DNA of 64,000 nt from an uncultured Rikenellaceae bacterium (GCA_964399575.1 CAYNRI010000003.1:8-64007); one strand, 5' to 3'. Counted from the stretch's first letter, positions 18,641 through 32,000 are shown. The notes: generated by a model not told the origin, from the sequence alone. Numbers and translations are program-made.

Positions 18641-20605
18641 CTACCTTTTTGGAGGATTTATGCCGCGCTGTCTGGCAGCTTCTTCGAGCCTTTGCTGCCA
18701 TTTTGATTTCTTTACCGGCTTTTTCTTGTTCTCTTCAAGTACAGCTAAAACTTTATTGGCATCAATGAACCGTTTGGAAATAATGTTCTGGATCCAGGTC
18801 ATCATATTTGCCAGGAAATAGTAATATGTCAGACCTGATGACCATTGATTAAGTATGAGCATAAACATAACAGGCATCATGTACATCATCATTTTCATTC
18901 CCGGCTGATCCTGTCCTGCTGAAGACCCCGACATTTTCATTGTAAGAAGTGATGAAGCAGTCATCAGAAGTGTAAAGAGACTTACGTGACTGCCGTATAT
19001 AGGGATGCTGAATGGCAGATTAAGTATAGAATCGTATGTTGAAAGGTCAGTAGCCCAAAGGAAATGTTCCTGCCTCAATTCAATAGATACCGGGAAAAAC
19101 CTGAACATGGCAAAGAGAATAGGAAACTGAAGTAGCATTGGCAGGCATCCTCCCATCGGATTGATTCCGGCCCTTTTGTAGAGATCCATTGTCGCCTGCT
19201 GCTTCTTCATCGCGTCTTCTTTCCTGGGAAATTTCTTGCCCAGTTCGTCAACAAGCGGTTTCAGTATCTGCATTTTTGCCTGCGACTGGTATGACTTGAA
19301 AGTAAGCGGGAAGAGTACTATTTTAATAAGAATTGTAAGTATCAGTATTATAATACCGTAGCTTTTAATATATTTCTCAAGCCAGTTAAATACCGGAATA
19401 ATGATAAACCTGCTTATCCAACCTGTAATATTTTTACCGAGGTAAATTATCTTTTCAAGTTCAAGTCCCTCCTTCCTTAAAGTAGAAGTGTGGTTCGGCC
19501 CGTAGTAAAATCGCATCTGATATGACATATCCGGGCCTGGAGTAACAGGTACTCCAATCTCAGATGTGAAATAGCGGATATATTTTTTTGATTCCGGGGT
19601 CATATTTGTAGTAAGGGATCCATTAAGAAAATAAGTATCAGTAATTACTACTGCCGAAAAGAACTGGTCAACATAAGCTACCCAGCTTAATCGTGTAGGT
19701 ATCTCAATAGTTTCTGATTCTTTCTTTGACCTTATTTTTGAACCTTCAACATCATCCTGATAGTATTTATATTTAAGTGTTGTATAGGTCTCTTCATTCG
19801 ATCTGCCCTTTTCTTTCTGAGGCACGTACATTCTCCAGTCAAGAGTAATGCTATTCTGGTTTGCAGGCATCACCTTATCCATGTTATGGAATGATACATC
19901 AAAGAGTACATTGTATTTATCCGGAAGAAGAGTATACTTATATTCTATGTATTTATCGCTGTCTGCATTCAATCTTAGGACAACTATTCCAGGATCCTCA
20001 GTAACTGATATGGATCGCTCTTCAGATAAAGGATTAAAATAAAGATCATTTGTCAGTATCGCCTTATTATCTGCTGTAAAGAAATTGAAGCCAAAAACTG
20101 TGGAGTCACCGGAGAAAAGGATAAGCGGTTTAGAATCATGTGTAACATATTCTTTAAGCCTTGCAGAATAGACACGTCCGCCCTTGAGAGCTATTTTCAA
20201 TTCGAGAAGGTTATTCTCAAGAGTGATTAAGTCATCTTCACCAGTAAGGGCAGATGAAAAGGCACCAAACTGGCCGGGATCAGGGACTTCCTGTCCTTCC
20301 CCTGATGGAGGATTAATTTCAGCCGGGACTGTCTGTACTGTATCCTGAATCTGGTTTGCAGGTGTTATTCCAAGCTTAACATTCAGTTCGTTAAGCTTTT
20401 GCAGGACCTCGGGTTGATTTGGTTTAAACCTGAGAGCATTAACATATTCAGTTCTTGCCCTTTCAAAATTTCCATTTGCAACCTGCTCTTCTGCTGCAGC
20501 TACAGCACCTTTAAAGCCTTTGTTCAGCCTGTTATTATTATAAATACTGAAACCAATAAAGACCACAAAGATCAGAATCAAACCTGTTATCGTATTTCTA
20601 TCCAT
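18641..20605 (-). CDS. yidC: membrane protein insertase YidC
   Basis: N-terminal TM helix, a large periplasmic domain and a C-terminal 5-TM core (GCLPMLLQFPILFAMF..., basic tail). Confidence 0.9.
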   Translation of the reverse strand: MDRNTITGLILIFVVFIGFSIYNNNRLNKGFKGAVAAAEEQVANGNFERARTEYVNALRFKPNQPEVLQKLNELNVKLGITPANQIQDTVQTVPAEINPPSGEGQEVPDPGQFGAFSSALTGEDDLITLENNLLELKIALKGGRVYSARLKEYVTHDSKPLILFSGDSTVFGFNFFTADNKAILTNDLYFNPLSEERSISVTEDPGIVVLRLNADSDKYIEYKYTLLPDKYNVLFDVSFHNMDKVMPANQNSITLDWRMYVPQKEKGRSNEETYTTLKYKYYQDDVEGSKIRSKKESETIEIPTRLSWVAYVDQFFSAVVITDTYFLNGSLTTNMTPESKKYIRYFTSEIGVPVTPGPDMSYQMRFYYGPNHTSTLRKEGLELEKIIYLGKNITGWISRFIIIPVFNWLEKYIKSYGIIILILTILIKIVLFPLTFKSYQSQAKMQILKPLVDELGKKFPRKEDAMKKQQATMDLYKRAGINPMGGCLPMLLQFPILFAMFRFFPVSIELRQEHFLWATDLSTYDSILNLPFSIPIYGSHVSLFTLLMTASSLLTMKMSGSSAGQDQPGMKMMMYMMPVMFMLILNQWSSGLTYYYFLANMMTWIQNIISKRFIDANKVLAVLEENKKKPVKKSKWQQRLEEAARQRGINPPKR

Positions 20606-20648
20606 TACCGCGCTTAAGATTTATCAAAATTTCAAATTAATCCTCCGA

Positions 20649-22268
<1,620 letters not shown>

Positions 22269-22294
22269 TTATCAATTAATTTATAAAAGTGAGA

Positions 22295-24376
22295 TCATTC
22301 ATCCAAACCCGACTGGTCGATCATTTTTACCTTCTCCTCCAGAGTCCTGATCATTTTCTTTGCATTCTCGATCTTCTCCTCGACCTCTCTTATCATTGTA
22401 TCAGCATTAATCGATTTTGTAAAGAAACCAATATTATTTTCCCACAGAACTATGTCATTCTCAAGTTGTTTGATCTTAGTAAAGAATTTATCTCTTTCGT
22501 TCCTGATCTTTCTTGATGCTTTAGGATTAGTTTTAAGGTTATCGAGTTTTGAACGGTATTTAAGAATGCTTTTATCGGAATCTCCGATCTTCAGCTTATC
22601 GAATTCTTTATTCAGGGCATTTCTGTACCTGTTTGTTATTTCATCTTTTTTATTGAAAGGCACATAACCTATTTCAGTCCATTTGCGCTGTAGATCTTTT
22701 AGTTTTTCAAAAGCAGCCTGCACATCCGTTCCCGGCTCAAATTTCTCAAGCTCCTCGATTATAGCGTTCTTTGCTTTAAGATTATCTTCATAAGTGTTAT
22801 CCAGTTCTGAAAAGAACTCACTTTTACGATTAAAAAAATGATCGCATGCTTTTCTGAATCTTTTCCAGGTCTTTTCCGATTGTTTTCTTGGTATGGGCCC
22901 TATTTCCTTCCATTCTTTCTGAAGCTTTATCAGTGCATCTGAGGAAGGTTTCCATTCGGTACTTTCCTGAAGCGCTTCTGCCTGGATACAAAGTTCTATC
23001 TTCCTCTGCAGATTATTCTGCTGCATTTCCTTATTATCGGCATAGAAGGCTCTCTTTTTCTCAAAGAAGCTGTCGCAGGCATCTCTGAATCTCTGGTATA
23101 TCCTGTTGTTCTGTTTCTTTGGAGCAAAACCTATTGTTCTCCACATCTTCTGCAGGGCAACTACCTTATCTGCCTTTTCATCAAAGTCCTTAAAGTTCCT
23201 GATCTCGAGCAGATTTATCGCTTCAACTTCTTCACATAAGGTTATTTTAGCTTCAAGATTTTTTCTCTGATCGTCTTTCTGTTTTTCGAAATACTCATGA
23301 TGTCTCTTATTGATCTGGGAGGTAGCCTCTTTAAATCTTTCCCAGACTTCATTTTTAGATTCAGGCGGAACCGGTCCTATCTCACGCCACTGGTTATGGT
23401 AGTCCTGCAAAAACCTGAATGCATTTACCGGATTTGGTTCAAGAAGAAGCTCCTCGGCTTTCTCGCATAGTTTGACCTTGGCTTCCAGATTCTTCTTCAG
23501 GTCAAGATCTCTCAGTTCCTTATTGATCTTGATATAATCGTAAAATATTTCAACGTGATGATGATAGTTTTCCCACAGATCTTTCAGAGCATTCTGGGGA
23601 ACTACTCCTGTTGAATGCCACTCATTCTGGAGAGACCTGAATTCGTGAAATGTTTTATTTATTGACTCTTCGCGGTTGACAAGTTCTTTAATCTTATCGA
23701 TAATGTCATATTTCTTTTTCAGGTTCTCGTATTTTTCGGCTTCCTGAACTTTGTTATAATCGGATTTTTTCTCCCTGAATTTTTCAAGAAGATGTTTTAC
23801 TTTTGCCTCCAGCGGATCGACCCATATCCTGTATTCCTCTATCTTTCCCCCATCCTCAAGGAATTTGGTCTTACGTTCTTCAGCTTCTGTTTTGAGTCTC
23901 TTATAAAAGAGTACCTTAATCCTGTCAACGTCTCCCCTTATCTCTGAAGGAGGTCTGTTTTCGATTAAAAGAGCAAGCGTATCGACAAGATCGGTCTTTG
24001 AATATCCTGAATAATCTACAGGTGGAAGATCCATTTCATCAGGATTTTCATCTTTATGACCAAAATCTTCCTGAAATTCAGCTTCAACGGGATCAACCTT
24101 TACTGTTCGTTTCCTTTTCTGAGGAATTACGACATCCCCTTCTGCGTTCTTTGGATCAGGTTGTTTTTCGGGTATTTCTTCCTCTTTGTCAGGGAAGCTT
24201 TCCACTATGTCACCTGTTGTTTCTTTCTTTTCTTCATCCTCCCCGTCATTTCCGGCGGTAGAATTTTCGTGCTGCATTTCTGCATGTGTGGCATCCTCAG
24301 TTCCGGAAGCATTTACTTTAGCTTCGGATTGTTCATCAAGAACAGAGTCATCCGGATTTTTCTTTATCATAATCAA
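22295..24376 (-). CDS. DUF349 repeat protein with an acidic N-terminus
   Basis: At least five repeats of the W..IG.VP....E.W.RF type (QWREIGPVPPESKNEVWERF, EWKEIGPIPRKQSEKTWKRF and others). Confidence 0.8.
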   Translation of the reverse strand: MIMIKKNPDDSVLDEQSEAKVNASGTEDATHAEMQHENSTAGNDGEDEEKKETTGDIVESFPDKEEEIPEKQPDPKNAEGDVVIPQKRKRTVKVDPVEAEFQEDFGHKDENPDEMDLPPVDYSGYSKTDLVDTLALLIENRPPSEIRGDVDRIKVLFYKRLKTEAEERKTKFLEDGGKIEEYRIWVDPLEAKVKHLLEKFREKKSDYNKVQEAEKYENLKKKYDIIDKIKELVNREESINKTFHEFRSLQNEWHSTGVVPQNALKDLWENYHHHVEIFYDYIKINKELRDLDLKKNLEAKVKLCEKAEELLLEPNPVNAFRFLQDYHNQWREIGPVPPESKNEVWERFKEATSQINKRHHEYFEKQKDDQRKNLEAKITLCEEVEAINLLEIRNFKDFDEKADKVVALQKMWRTIGFAPKKQNNRIYQRFRDACDSFFEKKRAFYADNKEMQQNNLQRKIELCIQAEALQESTEWKPSSDALIKLQKEWKEIGPIPRKQSEKTWKRFRKACDHFFNRKSEFFSELDNTYEDNLKAKNAIIEELEKFEPGTDVQAAFEKLKDLQRKWTEIGYVPFNKKDEITNRYRNALNKEFDKLKIGDSDKSILKYRSKLDNLKTNPKASRKIRNERDKFFTKIKQLENDIVLWENNIGFFTKSINADTMIREVEEKIENAKKMIRTLEEKVKMIDQSGLDE

Positions 24377-24643
24377 TCCTTTCTAATTTCAGCTCTCGTA
24401 TTATAACCAACATATTTATGTCAGATTACGAATTTTTGATTGTACGAAAATATTGATAATTTAAATATGCTCAAAGTTTATTTGAATAATACTCCATTGT
24501 AAATATTGGTAAATATCAACACAAATTACTGCTATTCAATATTATAATCAAAATATGAATTAAAATTTGATTTGCTGCAGAAATTGATAATCTTAATATC
24601 TTTGAAGGAAATAATTAAAAATTCTGACATAAAATAAATTTGT

Positions 24644-24823
24644 ATGGATAAATCTGAATTAATTTTTACGATACTGGCCTTTTCACTTTCAGGCGTGCTT
24701 TTGTACCGGAAATATGCAAGAGACAGGCAAAATAAGACAGGGTCAGCTGCAGGCAGGAATACAGGTTCATCATTCTCATCCCACACAAAGGATGATGACT
24801 ACGAACCCTATACAAAGAAATGA
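24644..24823 (+). CDS. possible 59-aa single-pass membrane protein (below the ORF-track threshold)
   Basis: ATG at 24644 and TGA at 24821. The translation is MDKSELIFTILAFSLSGVLLYRKYARDRQNKTGS...DDDYEPYTKK, one hydrophobic helix and then a basic/polar tail. No homology was assessed. Confidence 0.3.
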   Translation: MDKSELIFTILAFSLSGVLLYRKYARDRQNKTGSAAGRNTGSSFSSHTKDDDYEPYTKK

Positions 24824-24824
24824 A

Positions 24825-26120
24825 TTATAAGTTTCTGTTTTTTGAAGCCAGGTAACGGAAAGGGTTAATTATCCTCTGCAGTAAGCGAAGATCCTCATCT
24901 GTAATTATCTCGGCATTACCCTTCATGTTTTGGGTAAAGTCAAGATTTCTGCCATAAAGTGTTGTCAGACCGGATGGAAGATCAACCTCAATTATATAAG
25001 CATCGCCTGACGGAACAAGCGATTTATTTTTCACAATTCCACGCACCATTCCGTACTCGAGATACGGGTATCCGCTCAGTTTTATGTTTACTTTCTGACC
25101 AGTCAATACTTTTCCCGATCTCTGCATTTTAAGGTTTATCCGTCCTACTATATCACCAGTTTCAAAAGGCACTATACTAAGCACCTGTTCATCCTTCATC
25201 ACTGACTGATTCTCACTCCAGAATTTCGTAAAAGTGACTGTTCCTTCAACAGGTGAAATAAGAAGGTAATTATTCCGCCAGATATTTATCTGAGCATTCA
25301 GGTTAAGGAAAGTCTCATTTAGCACTGAACTGAGGTTCTGTCTTTCTTCCTCCCTTTTAATCCTGTAATCCTGGAGTAGCTGGTTTTTTTCAGCAAGTGC
25401 AAGTACATTCCTTGATTCGTCGAGTCTCACCTGCTGAAGCTCAAGCTTGCTGTTGTTATATATTTTTCTTGAATTCTCATACTCACTTTCAGACAGGACC
25501 TTATCAACATACAATGCAGAATCCCTTTTAAACCGTTTATCTTCTATCTTAAGGTTATCGCTGATCAGTTTCTCCTTCACCTTCATCCTGCTTATATAAT
25601 CCTGAAGGGCTTCAATTTCTTCAGTGATTGAGATCATCTTGCTTCCATAAAAGTCATTCCTGTTATATGTATCATAATCCTGAAGGGCTTTTACAAATGA
25701 GGCATAATAGATTTGAAGTTCGCCGAGCTTCGAAAAAGCCGGAAGGGTAAGAGCATTTAGTTTTCCCGGTTCCCGCACTGTATCAGCTATAAGCTTCAGC
25801 GTTTCCACTTCAGGAATTGAAGCAGTTGTCTCCATTACTGCAAGCAAGTGGCCCCGAGCAACTTTTTCACGGTCTGATACATATAATTTATTAATACGGC
25901 CTGTTATTTTTGTCACCAGTGTAACGGGAGGATTCTGAGTGGTTATCTCGACAGATGCCGGCACTATATCGGGATAACGGATTATCCATGCCAGTATTAT
26001 CAACAGCAGGAACACAAGGGCAATAACAACAGTCCCCCATCTTATGATCCTTGCCGGAGGATTTGAGATTATCTCCCTTACAGGGTCAGAGTATAATATT
26101 TCAGGTGCCTTTTCTTTCAT
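24825..26120 (-). CDS. HlyD-family secretion adaptor (bacteriocin/peptide exporter accessory)
   Basis: N-terminal TM helix, a long coiled-coil region and beta-barrel C-terminal domains. It starts 9 nt after the C39 ABC transporter gene. Confidence 0.8.
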   Translation of the reverse strand: MKEKAPEILYSDPVREIISNPPARIIRWGTVVIALVFLLLIILAWIIRYPDIVPASVEITTQNPPVTLVTKITGRINKLYVSDREKVARGHLLAVMETTASIPEVETLKLIADTVREPGKLNALTLPAFSKLGELQIYYASFVKALQDYDTYNRNDFYGSKMISITEEIEALQDYISRMKVKEKLISDNLKIEDKRFKRDSALYVDKVLSESEYENSRKIYNNSKLELQQVRLDESRNVLALAEKNQLLQDYRIKREEERQNLSSVLNETFLNLNAQINIWRNNYLLISPVEGTVTFTKFWSENQSVMKDEQVLSIVPFETGDIVGRINLKMQRSGKVLTGQKVNIKLSGYPYLEYGMVRGIVKNKSLVPSGDAYIIEVDLPSGLTTLYGRNLDFTQNMKGNAEIITDEDLRLLQRIINPFRYLASKNRNL

Positions 26121-26128
26121 GCTACTCT

Positions 26129-28315
26129 TTAATTACCCAGTTCAAGCTGATTCCTTACAAGATTGAAATAGGCTCCCTTATTTTCAACAAGTGATGCATG
26201 TGTACCTGTTTCAACTATCCGGCCTCCGTCCATGACAACTATCTTATCAGCATTTTTTACTGTGCTTAATCTGTGTGCAACGATAATTACTGTTCGGCCA
26301 CTGAAATATGATGAAAGGTTTTCAACAATCACTTTTTCATTGTTTGCATCCAGCGAATTTGTAGCTTCATCAAAGATTATGATATCAGGATTTTTATAGA
26401 TTATCCTGGAGATCAGGAGCCGTTGTTTTTGTCCTTCACTTAATCCATGCCCGTTTATTCCGATACGTGTATTATAACCAAGCGGCAATGATTCTATAAA
26501 GCCTCTGATATTGGCAATTTCAACTGCTGTGACAAGTCTTTCATCGTCAATTTCGTCTTTCCCCGGAGCTATGTTAAAGGCGATAGTATCTGGAAAGAGG
26601 AACCCATCCTGCATGACAGCTCCTGTTTTTTCACGCCATGTTTTCAGGCTGATTCCTGAAAGCCTTGTATCACCGATGAGTATCTCACCGCTTACAGGCT
26701 GATAGAATCCTAGAAGCAGTTTCAGGAGTGTCGTTTTACCACTGCCACTGACTCCGACAATAGCCGTTGTTTTCTTTTCTTCAATAACAATGTCAATGTC
26801 TTTAAGTGCATAGGGAGAATGAGGTCCCTCATACTGGTAGGATACATTATTTATGTAAATATCCTTCCGCTCAGGCAGTTTCCTGATTTTCATCTCAGGA
26901 TCTGCTTCTTCATCGTCCATAAAATGAACCTCCGACAACCTGTCAAGGCTCATTTTCGCATCCTGAGACAGCCTGAAAAAGCCAATTATCTGACTAACCG
27001 GTGCATTCAGCTGACCGATGATGAACTGGACTGCCAGCATCATTCCAAGGGTAATACTGCCTTTTATTACAGCTGTAGCTGCAACAATAGTTATCAAAAT
27101 ATTTGTCACTTCACTTATGAAAGTAGCGCCGGCAGTCTGATATTGAATAATCCCCAATCCTTTTGTTTTCAATCTGAAAAGAGATGCCTGCAGATTCTCC
27201 CATTCCCAACGCTTGCTTAATTCACTCTGCGTCAGCTTTATCTCCTGCATACCATTCACTATTGTAATGAGCTGGCTGCTGGCTTCTGACATTTTTTTAA
27301 AGCGTTGATGATCGAGTCTTGCCCTTGATTTCATGAAGAGGGATACCCAGAGCAGGTACAGAAGTGAACCAATTATAAAGATAGCCAGGATCTTAACGCT
27401 GTATATTGCCAGAACAATACCGAATATTATCAGGTTAAAGAACGAAAAAAGGATGCTGAGGGATGCAGATGTAAGGAACTCCTCGATCCGGTTGTTGTCA
27501 TCAATCCGTTGGAGAATATCTCCTGTAAGCTTTGTATCGAAGAAGGCAACCGGAAGCGACATGAGTTTCTGAAGAAAACCCGAGATCACTGCAACATTGA
27601 CGCGTGTGCCTATATGAAGCAATAGCCAACCCCTTATGAATTCAACCGACAAGCGTCCTATAATAAGTGCCAGCTGGGCAATAAGGATGAGATAAATGAA
27701 ATTGATATCACTGTTGTTGATTCCGATGTCGATAATTGACTGAGTAAGGAAAGGTATAATTAGTTGAATTATACTTCCAATCAGCAGTCCGAGCAAAAGC
27801 TGGAAGAAGTATTTCCTGTAGATACGGAAATATTTCAGCAGAAAAGCAAATCCCTGTGAATTTTCAGGCTCATTCTCTTTCTCAAAAAGTGCAGGTGTTG
27901 GTTCGATTATAAGTACAAGACCTGCGGGTTTTCCTTCAGATAATGTTGACGCCCAGTTTCTTGTAAATTCTACGCGATTGAATTTAACAAGCCCCACAGC
28001 CGGATCAGCTGCCCATATCTTATCTTTTGAGATTTTGTAGACGACAATAAAATGACGCTGACGCCAGTGTACTATACAGGGCAGGGGAACATTTTCCTCA
28101 AGGACTTCGAACGGGATCTTCACTCCCAGTGTTCTGAATCCCAGACTGTCTGCAGCTTCAGACAGACCAAGGAATGAGACACCTTCTTTTGTTATATAGC
28201 ATTTTTTCCTTATTGTCTCAAGTGAAAACACCTTCTTATAATACCCTGCTATCATCTTAAGGCACACTGGCCCGCAGTCCATAGCATCAGGTTGCTTTAT
28301 GAAGGGGAACGACAT
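26129..28315 (-). CDS. peptidase-C39 ABC transporter (double-glycine leader peptide cleavage/export)
   Basis: N-terminal C39 domain with a catalytic Cys (QPDAMDCGPVCLKMIAGYY) and a His region (VHWRQRHFIVVY). Also a 6-TM domain, Walker A GVSGSGKTT, signature LSEGQKQR and Walker B IIIFDEATNSLD. Confidence 0.9.
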   Translation of the reverse strand: MSFPFIKQPDAMDCGPVCLKMIAGYYKKVFSLETIRKKCYITKEGVSFLGLSEAADSLGFRTLGVKIPFEVLEENVPLPCIVHWRQRHFIVVYKISKDKIWAADPAVGLVKFNRVEFTRNWASTLSEGKPAGLVLIIEPTPALFEKENEPENSQGFAFLLKYFRIYRKYFFQLLLGLLIGSIIQLIIPFLTQSIIDIGINNSDINFIYLILIAQLALIIGRLSVEFIRGWLLLHIGTRVNVAVISGFLQKLMSLPVAFFDTKLTGDILQRIDDNNRIEEFLTSASLSILFSFFNLIIFGIVLAIYSVKILAIFIIGSLLYLLWVSLFMKSRARLDHQRFKKMSEASSQLITIVNGMQEIKLTQSELSKRWEWENLQASLFRLKTKGLGIIQYQTAGATFISEVTNILITIVAATAVIKGSITLGMMLAVQFIIGQLNAPVSQIIGFFRLSQDAKMSLDRLSEVHFMDDEEADPEMKIRKLPERKDIYINNVSYQYEGPHSPYALKDIDIVIEEKKTTAIVGVSGSGKTTLLKLLLGFYQPVSGEILIGDTRLSGISLKTWREKTGAVMQDGFLFPDTIAFNIAPGKDEIDDERLVTAVEIANIRGFIESLPLGYNTRIGINGHGLSEGQKQRLLISRIIYKNPDIIIFDEATNSLDANNEKVIVENLSSYFSGRTVIIVAHRLSTVKNADKIVVMDGGRIVETGTHASLVENKGAYFNLVRNQLELGN

Positions 28316-28471
28316 TTAAAATGCGGAATAGTTTATTTATTGTAAAGATATTCATATTTTTCATTTGAAAACAGTACCTTTTTTCTTATAAACAGAAAGC
28401 TGTTGTGATATCAAGTATTTTTGCTTCAGGGAAATACTATCTTTGGAAATTGATTTTATTTCAACACAGGG

Positions 28472-29038
28472 TTGTTTAAGAAGATATCAGATAATAGTCT
28501 TATTGAGGGAATTAAAAACCAGGATGACACTACCCTGAACTGGTTGTATAATAATTATTATCAGACAGTCAGCAAGCATATTCTCAAAAACAACGGTACA
28601 AGTGAAGATGTATCTGATGTTTTCCAGGACACTATTATTATTCTGTATAATCAGATTACTGAGGGTGACCTGAATCTTACTTCCGATCTGAAGGGTTATT
28701 TCTTTGGAATTGCAAGGAATATATGGAACACTCAGCTCAGGAAGAAGAAAAAGACAGTGGAACTGGAACTCGACCTGTTGGAAGAAGCTGATATTGAAGA
28801 AGATAATGACCGGATGTTTGAAAGGATAGTGAACCGTGCATTTCTGAAGCTTAAACCCGACTCTCAGGAAGTTCTTAATATGTATTACGAAGGTCATTCA
28901 TATGATGAGATAGCAGTTAAAATGAAGCTTAAAAATGAAGGTTATGCACGGCGCAAAAAATATCTTTCAAAAGAGGCTCTTATGGAGATTGTATATAAAG
29001 ATCCTGAATATCAGGAATTCCTGCGATACCAGAAATAA
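28472..29038 (+). CDS. sigma-70 family (ECF-like) RNA polymerase sigma factor
   Basis: 188 aa with a TTG start. Region-2-like DVFQDTIIILY...YFFGIARNIW and region-4 HTH (YYEGHSYDEIAVKMKL). Confidence 0.75.
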   Translation: MFKKISDNSLIEGIKNQDDTTLNWLYNNYYQTVSKHILKNNGTSEDVSDVFQDTIIILYNQITEGDLNLTSDLKGYFFGIARNIWNTQLRKKKKTVELELDLLEEADIEEDNDRMFERIVNRAFLKLKPDSQEVLNMYYEGHSYDEIAVKMKLKNEGYARRKKYLSKEALMEIVYKDPEYQEFLRYQK

Positions 29039-32000
29039 GCGAAGCTTGCTGATGCGATAAAGAGGACCGATAGCCAAAGAATAAGCTTGCCTGCAGAGAA
29101 GAATAAGGAAGAATTTTCACCATAAACTACCATGCTTGACCAGAAATACGGATGCGATTTCAACTGGCTTGCATTTTTGAGATAGGCAGATCTTGCATGT
29201 TTTAGCGCGGAACTTTTTGATTTTCCTTTCTTCAGATTATCATAAAATGATTTAATTATATCCGTACCTGATTTGTCGTCAATCTCCCACATAGACATCA
29301 CAACAGACTGACTGCCGGAATACAGGAACCCTCTTGCCAGGCTCAGTATCCCTTCACCCTCTGATAGTTTACCACTACCTGTATTACAGGAGCTTAAGAC
29401 AACCATTCTGGCTTTCAGGGGTAAGCCGTAAACTTCATAAGTATACAGTAATCCATCCTCCTGCTTGTCATCCTGATCCTGCATGAAAATCATTGCTGAA
29501 TTCATCGGATTGACATCGTTAAGAAAAGTATGCATTGCAAGATGGATGATATCATACTTCCCTGCAACACTTTTAAAAACAGATTCCCTGGCATCTTTAT
29601 TCAGATATAATTCTCCTCCTGCAAGACCGGATACATACTGCGCTTCCTGCCTTGCATAAGGCAGATCATAAAGGATCCTGAACCTGCTCTGTCTTACCTG
29701 CATCAATGAATCAAGATGGATAGCCCTTGTATACACCGGGGCAAAAGCAACAAGTTCATGTTTCCTGCTGTAATTTCTGTTCACAACCTCCTGGAGAAAG
29801 GTTGCAGAGTATGCATAGGATATATTATAATCATTCATCAGGTATTTTAGTTTCCTGTAGAGGATCTCATCACCCTCATATTTATCTGTCACAAGTGTTT
29901 CGAAAGGCAGGTAAGAGAGAATATTATCAGGCGAAATAAGAAGCTTATCCGATATGAGATATTTCCTGACAGGATCTATCAGCAATTTGTAAAGATCGAA
30001 ACCTGTTTCGATATATTCCTCAAAATCAGTTCTGGCGTTTGATGACCTTACCGGTGATGAAAGGAGATTCTGGAACTTTATGAGCTTTTCCTTGAAAGAA
30101 GCTCCTGACTCCAGTGACAGCAATTCCTGATGCCTGCGGTTTACGATAAAAATATAAAGCAGTGAATCGGATACTATGTAGTTAAGGTAATTATAATCCC
30201 GCCCGATAAGAGAAGGAATTTCTTTCAACCCGGGGGTTTTGGTGTCGTATTTCATATTATAATAACCGGGAAAATCCTGCCTGAATGTCATTACAAGTGA
30301 ATCCCTCTCATTTACTGACCTGAGTAATTTTTCATTCCATTGGGAGATCAGAGCATTATCCGGTTCACTTTTTTCATATTCTGTAACTATCCTGGCGTTA
30401 TAAAAACCTATCTCTCTCTGCAGCGATTTTTCCTGATCAGCAAGGAAAGCAGGAATATTAAGCTGTATTGCATTCAGTTCCCGTGTAGCAGTGAGCAGTC
30501 CTGCAACCTTGCTCCTTTCAATAAATTCGAAAGCCTTTTCAAGATACATGTGGTTGCCTGTATTACGGTAACATAGTTCAAAATCCCTGATTGCCATCAG
30601 ATAGGAATTCCTGTACCTTGCTCCCAGAACTATTCTGCTTTCTTCCTCGCTTATACTTATTCTTATCCTGTCTATAACATAAATTATCAATTCTGAGGTG
30701 TTAGCCGCTGCCTCAAGGACTTTCTCATCATTTGATCTTTTGTAGATATCCCACAGGATATCATATTTCAGACGAAGAGTGTTTAAAATGTTCCTGTTTG
30801 CTGATATTGTATCAGGGGATGGATTCATGTAATAATCCCTTACGCCGGTCTGTTTTCCCGGAAACAGGAGCTGCTGAAGCTTCTCCAGTGCTTCCAGCGG
30901 TTCGTTTGAGCTGAACAGAGCCTGTGAATAACCCTGAAGGACAGGATCCCTGAGACTAACTTCCTTGGGATTATCAATAAGGAAGTTTTCACACTGTTTG
31001 TACAATTCAAGAGATCTCTTTATATTTTTTTGAAAGAGGAGAAGATAATCTGCATAGTTCGCCAGAACTTCGATGAAATATCGTGATTCTTTGCCGTAAA
31101 TTGTTTCAGCTCTTTTAACAATCTGTTCAAGCAGGTCTGCCCCTTTTACTATATTTCCTGAACTGCCAAGAGAAATGGCATAGTTGTTTATCAGATTCAG
31201 CCCGAGGAATGATTTTTCAGTGAGAGCAAGCCGGAACCCCTTATTATAGTATTCTTCTTCTTTGGCTTTCATACCCAGATAGCTATAAGTCACTGCCAGG
31301 CTGTTTATCAGATTCATATAATCCCTGTCAGGTTTGATTCGGCTGTTCTCTATCAACGATTCAGACTGCTCCAGGTAGATCCTCGCCTTTGAGTAATCAG
31401 CCATCATTACATAGCCTACGCCAATATTTATATAAAGGCGGATAAGGTTATTTCCTGTTACAGCTTCTCTGTTATTTCTAAGGATACCAAGAATCTGGGT
31501 TGAATATTCTGAGAAGTTCTCAAAATCCCTGCATTCAACTGCGGCTCCGATGAGGGTAATATAGGCTTCAGCAATTTCAGGGTTATCAGGTCCGTAAATT
31601 TCTGAGGCCTCATTAATGTAATCGAGCATATAATTACAGACCTGTATGTAATCGCCAAGAAAATTATACGACACCCCAATATTGTAAATACCTTTCAGGT
31701 AATGATCATCAACATGCCGGAGTGCATTCTTCAGAGAAACCGAACTGCTAAGGTTTTCAATAGCTTCAGGGTACCGTCCTGAAAGCAGGTAACAAACTCC
31801 TGCATAATAATAATATTCGGACAATGTTGCAGAATCAGGCTTTTCTTCAGTTATTGACTTTTGCAGTGAAGCAGCAAGCGAAAGCAGCCCTTCAATATTA
31901 TTGTCTGAACTAAGGTTCACGATCCTCGAGCCTATAACATCTGCCGGAAATGATCCGCTTTCCTTGTCCTGCAATCCCCCAGTCAGTGATGCTGCAAAAG

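Noticed and set aside
24532-24786. 84-aa minus-strand ORF in the AT-rich gap
   Set aside because: The translation is dominated by AT-rich codons (I/F/N/K/S) and has no recognisable features. It overlaps a better-organised plus-strand sORF.
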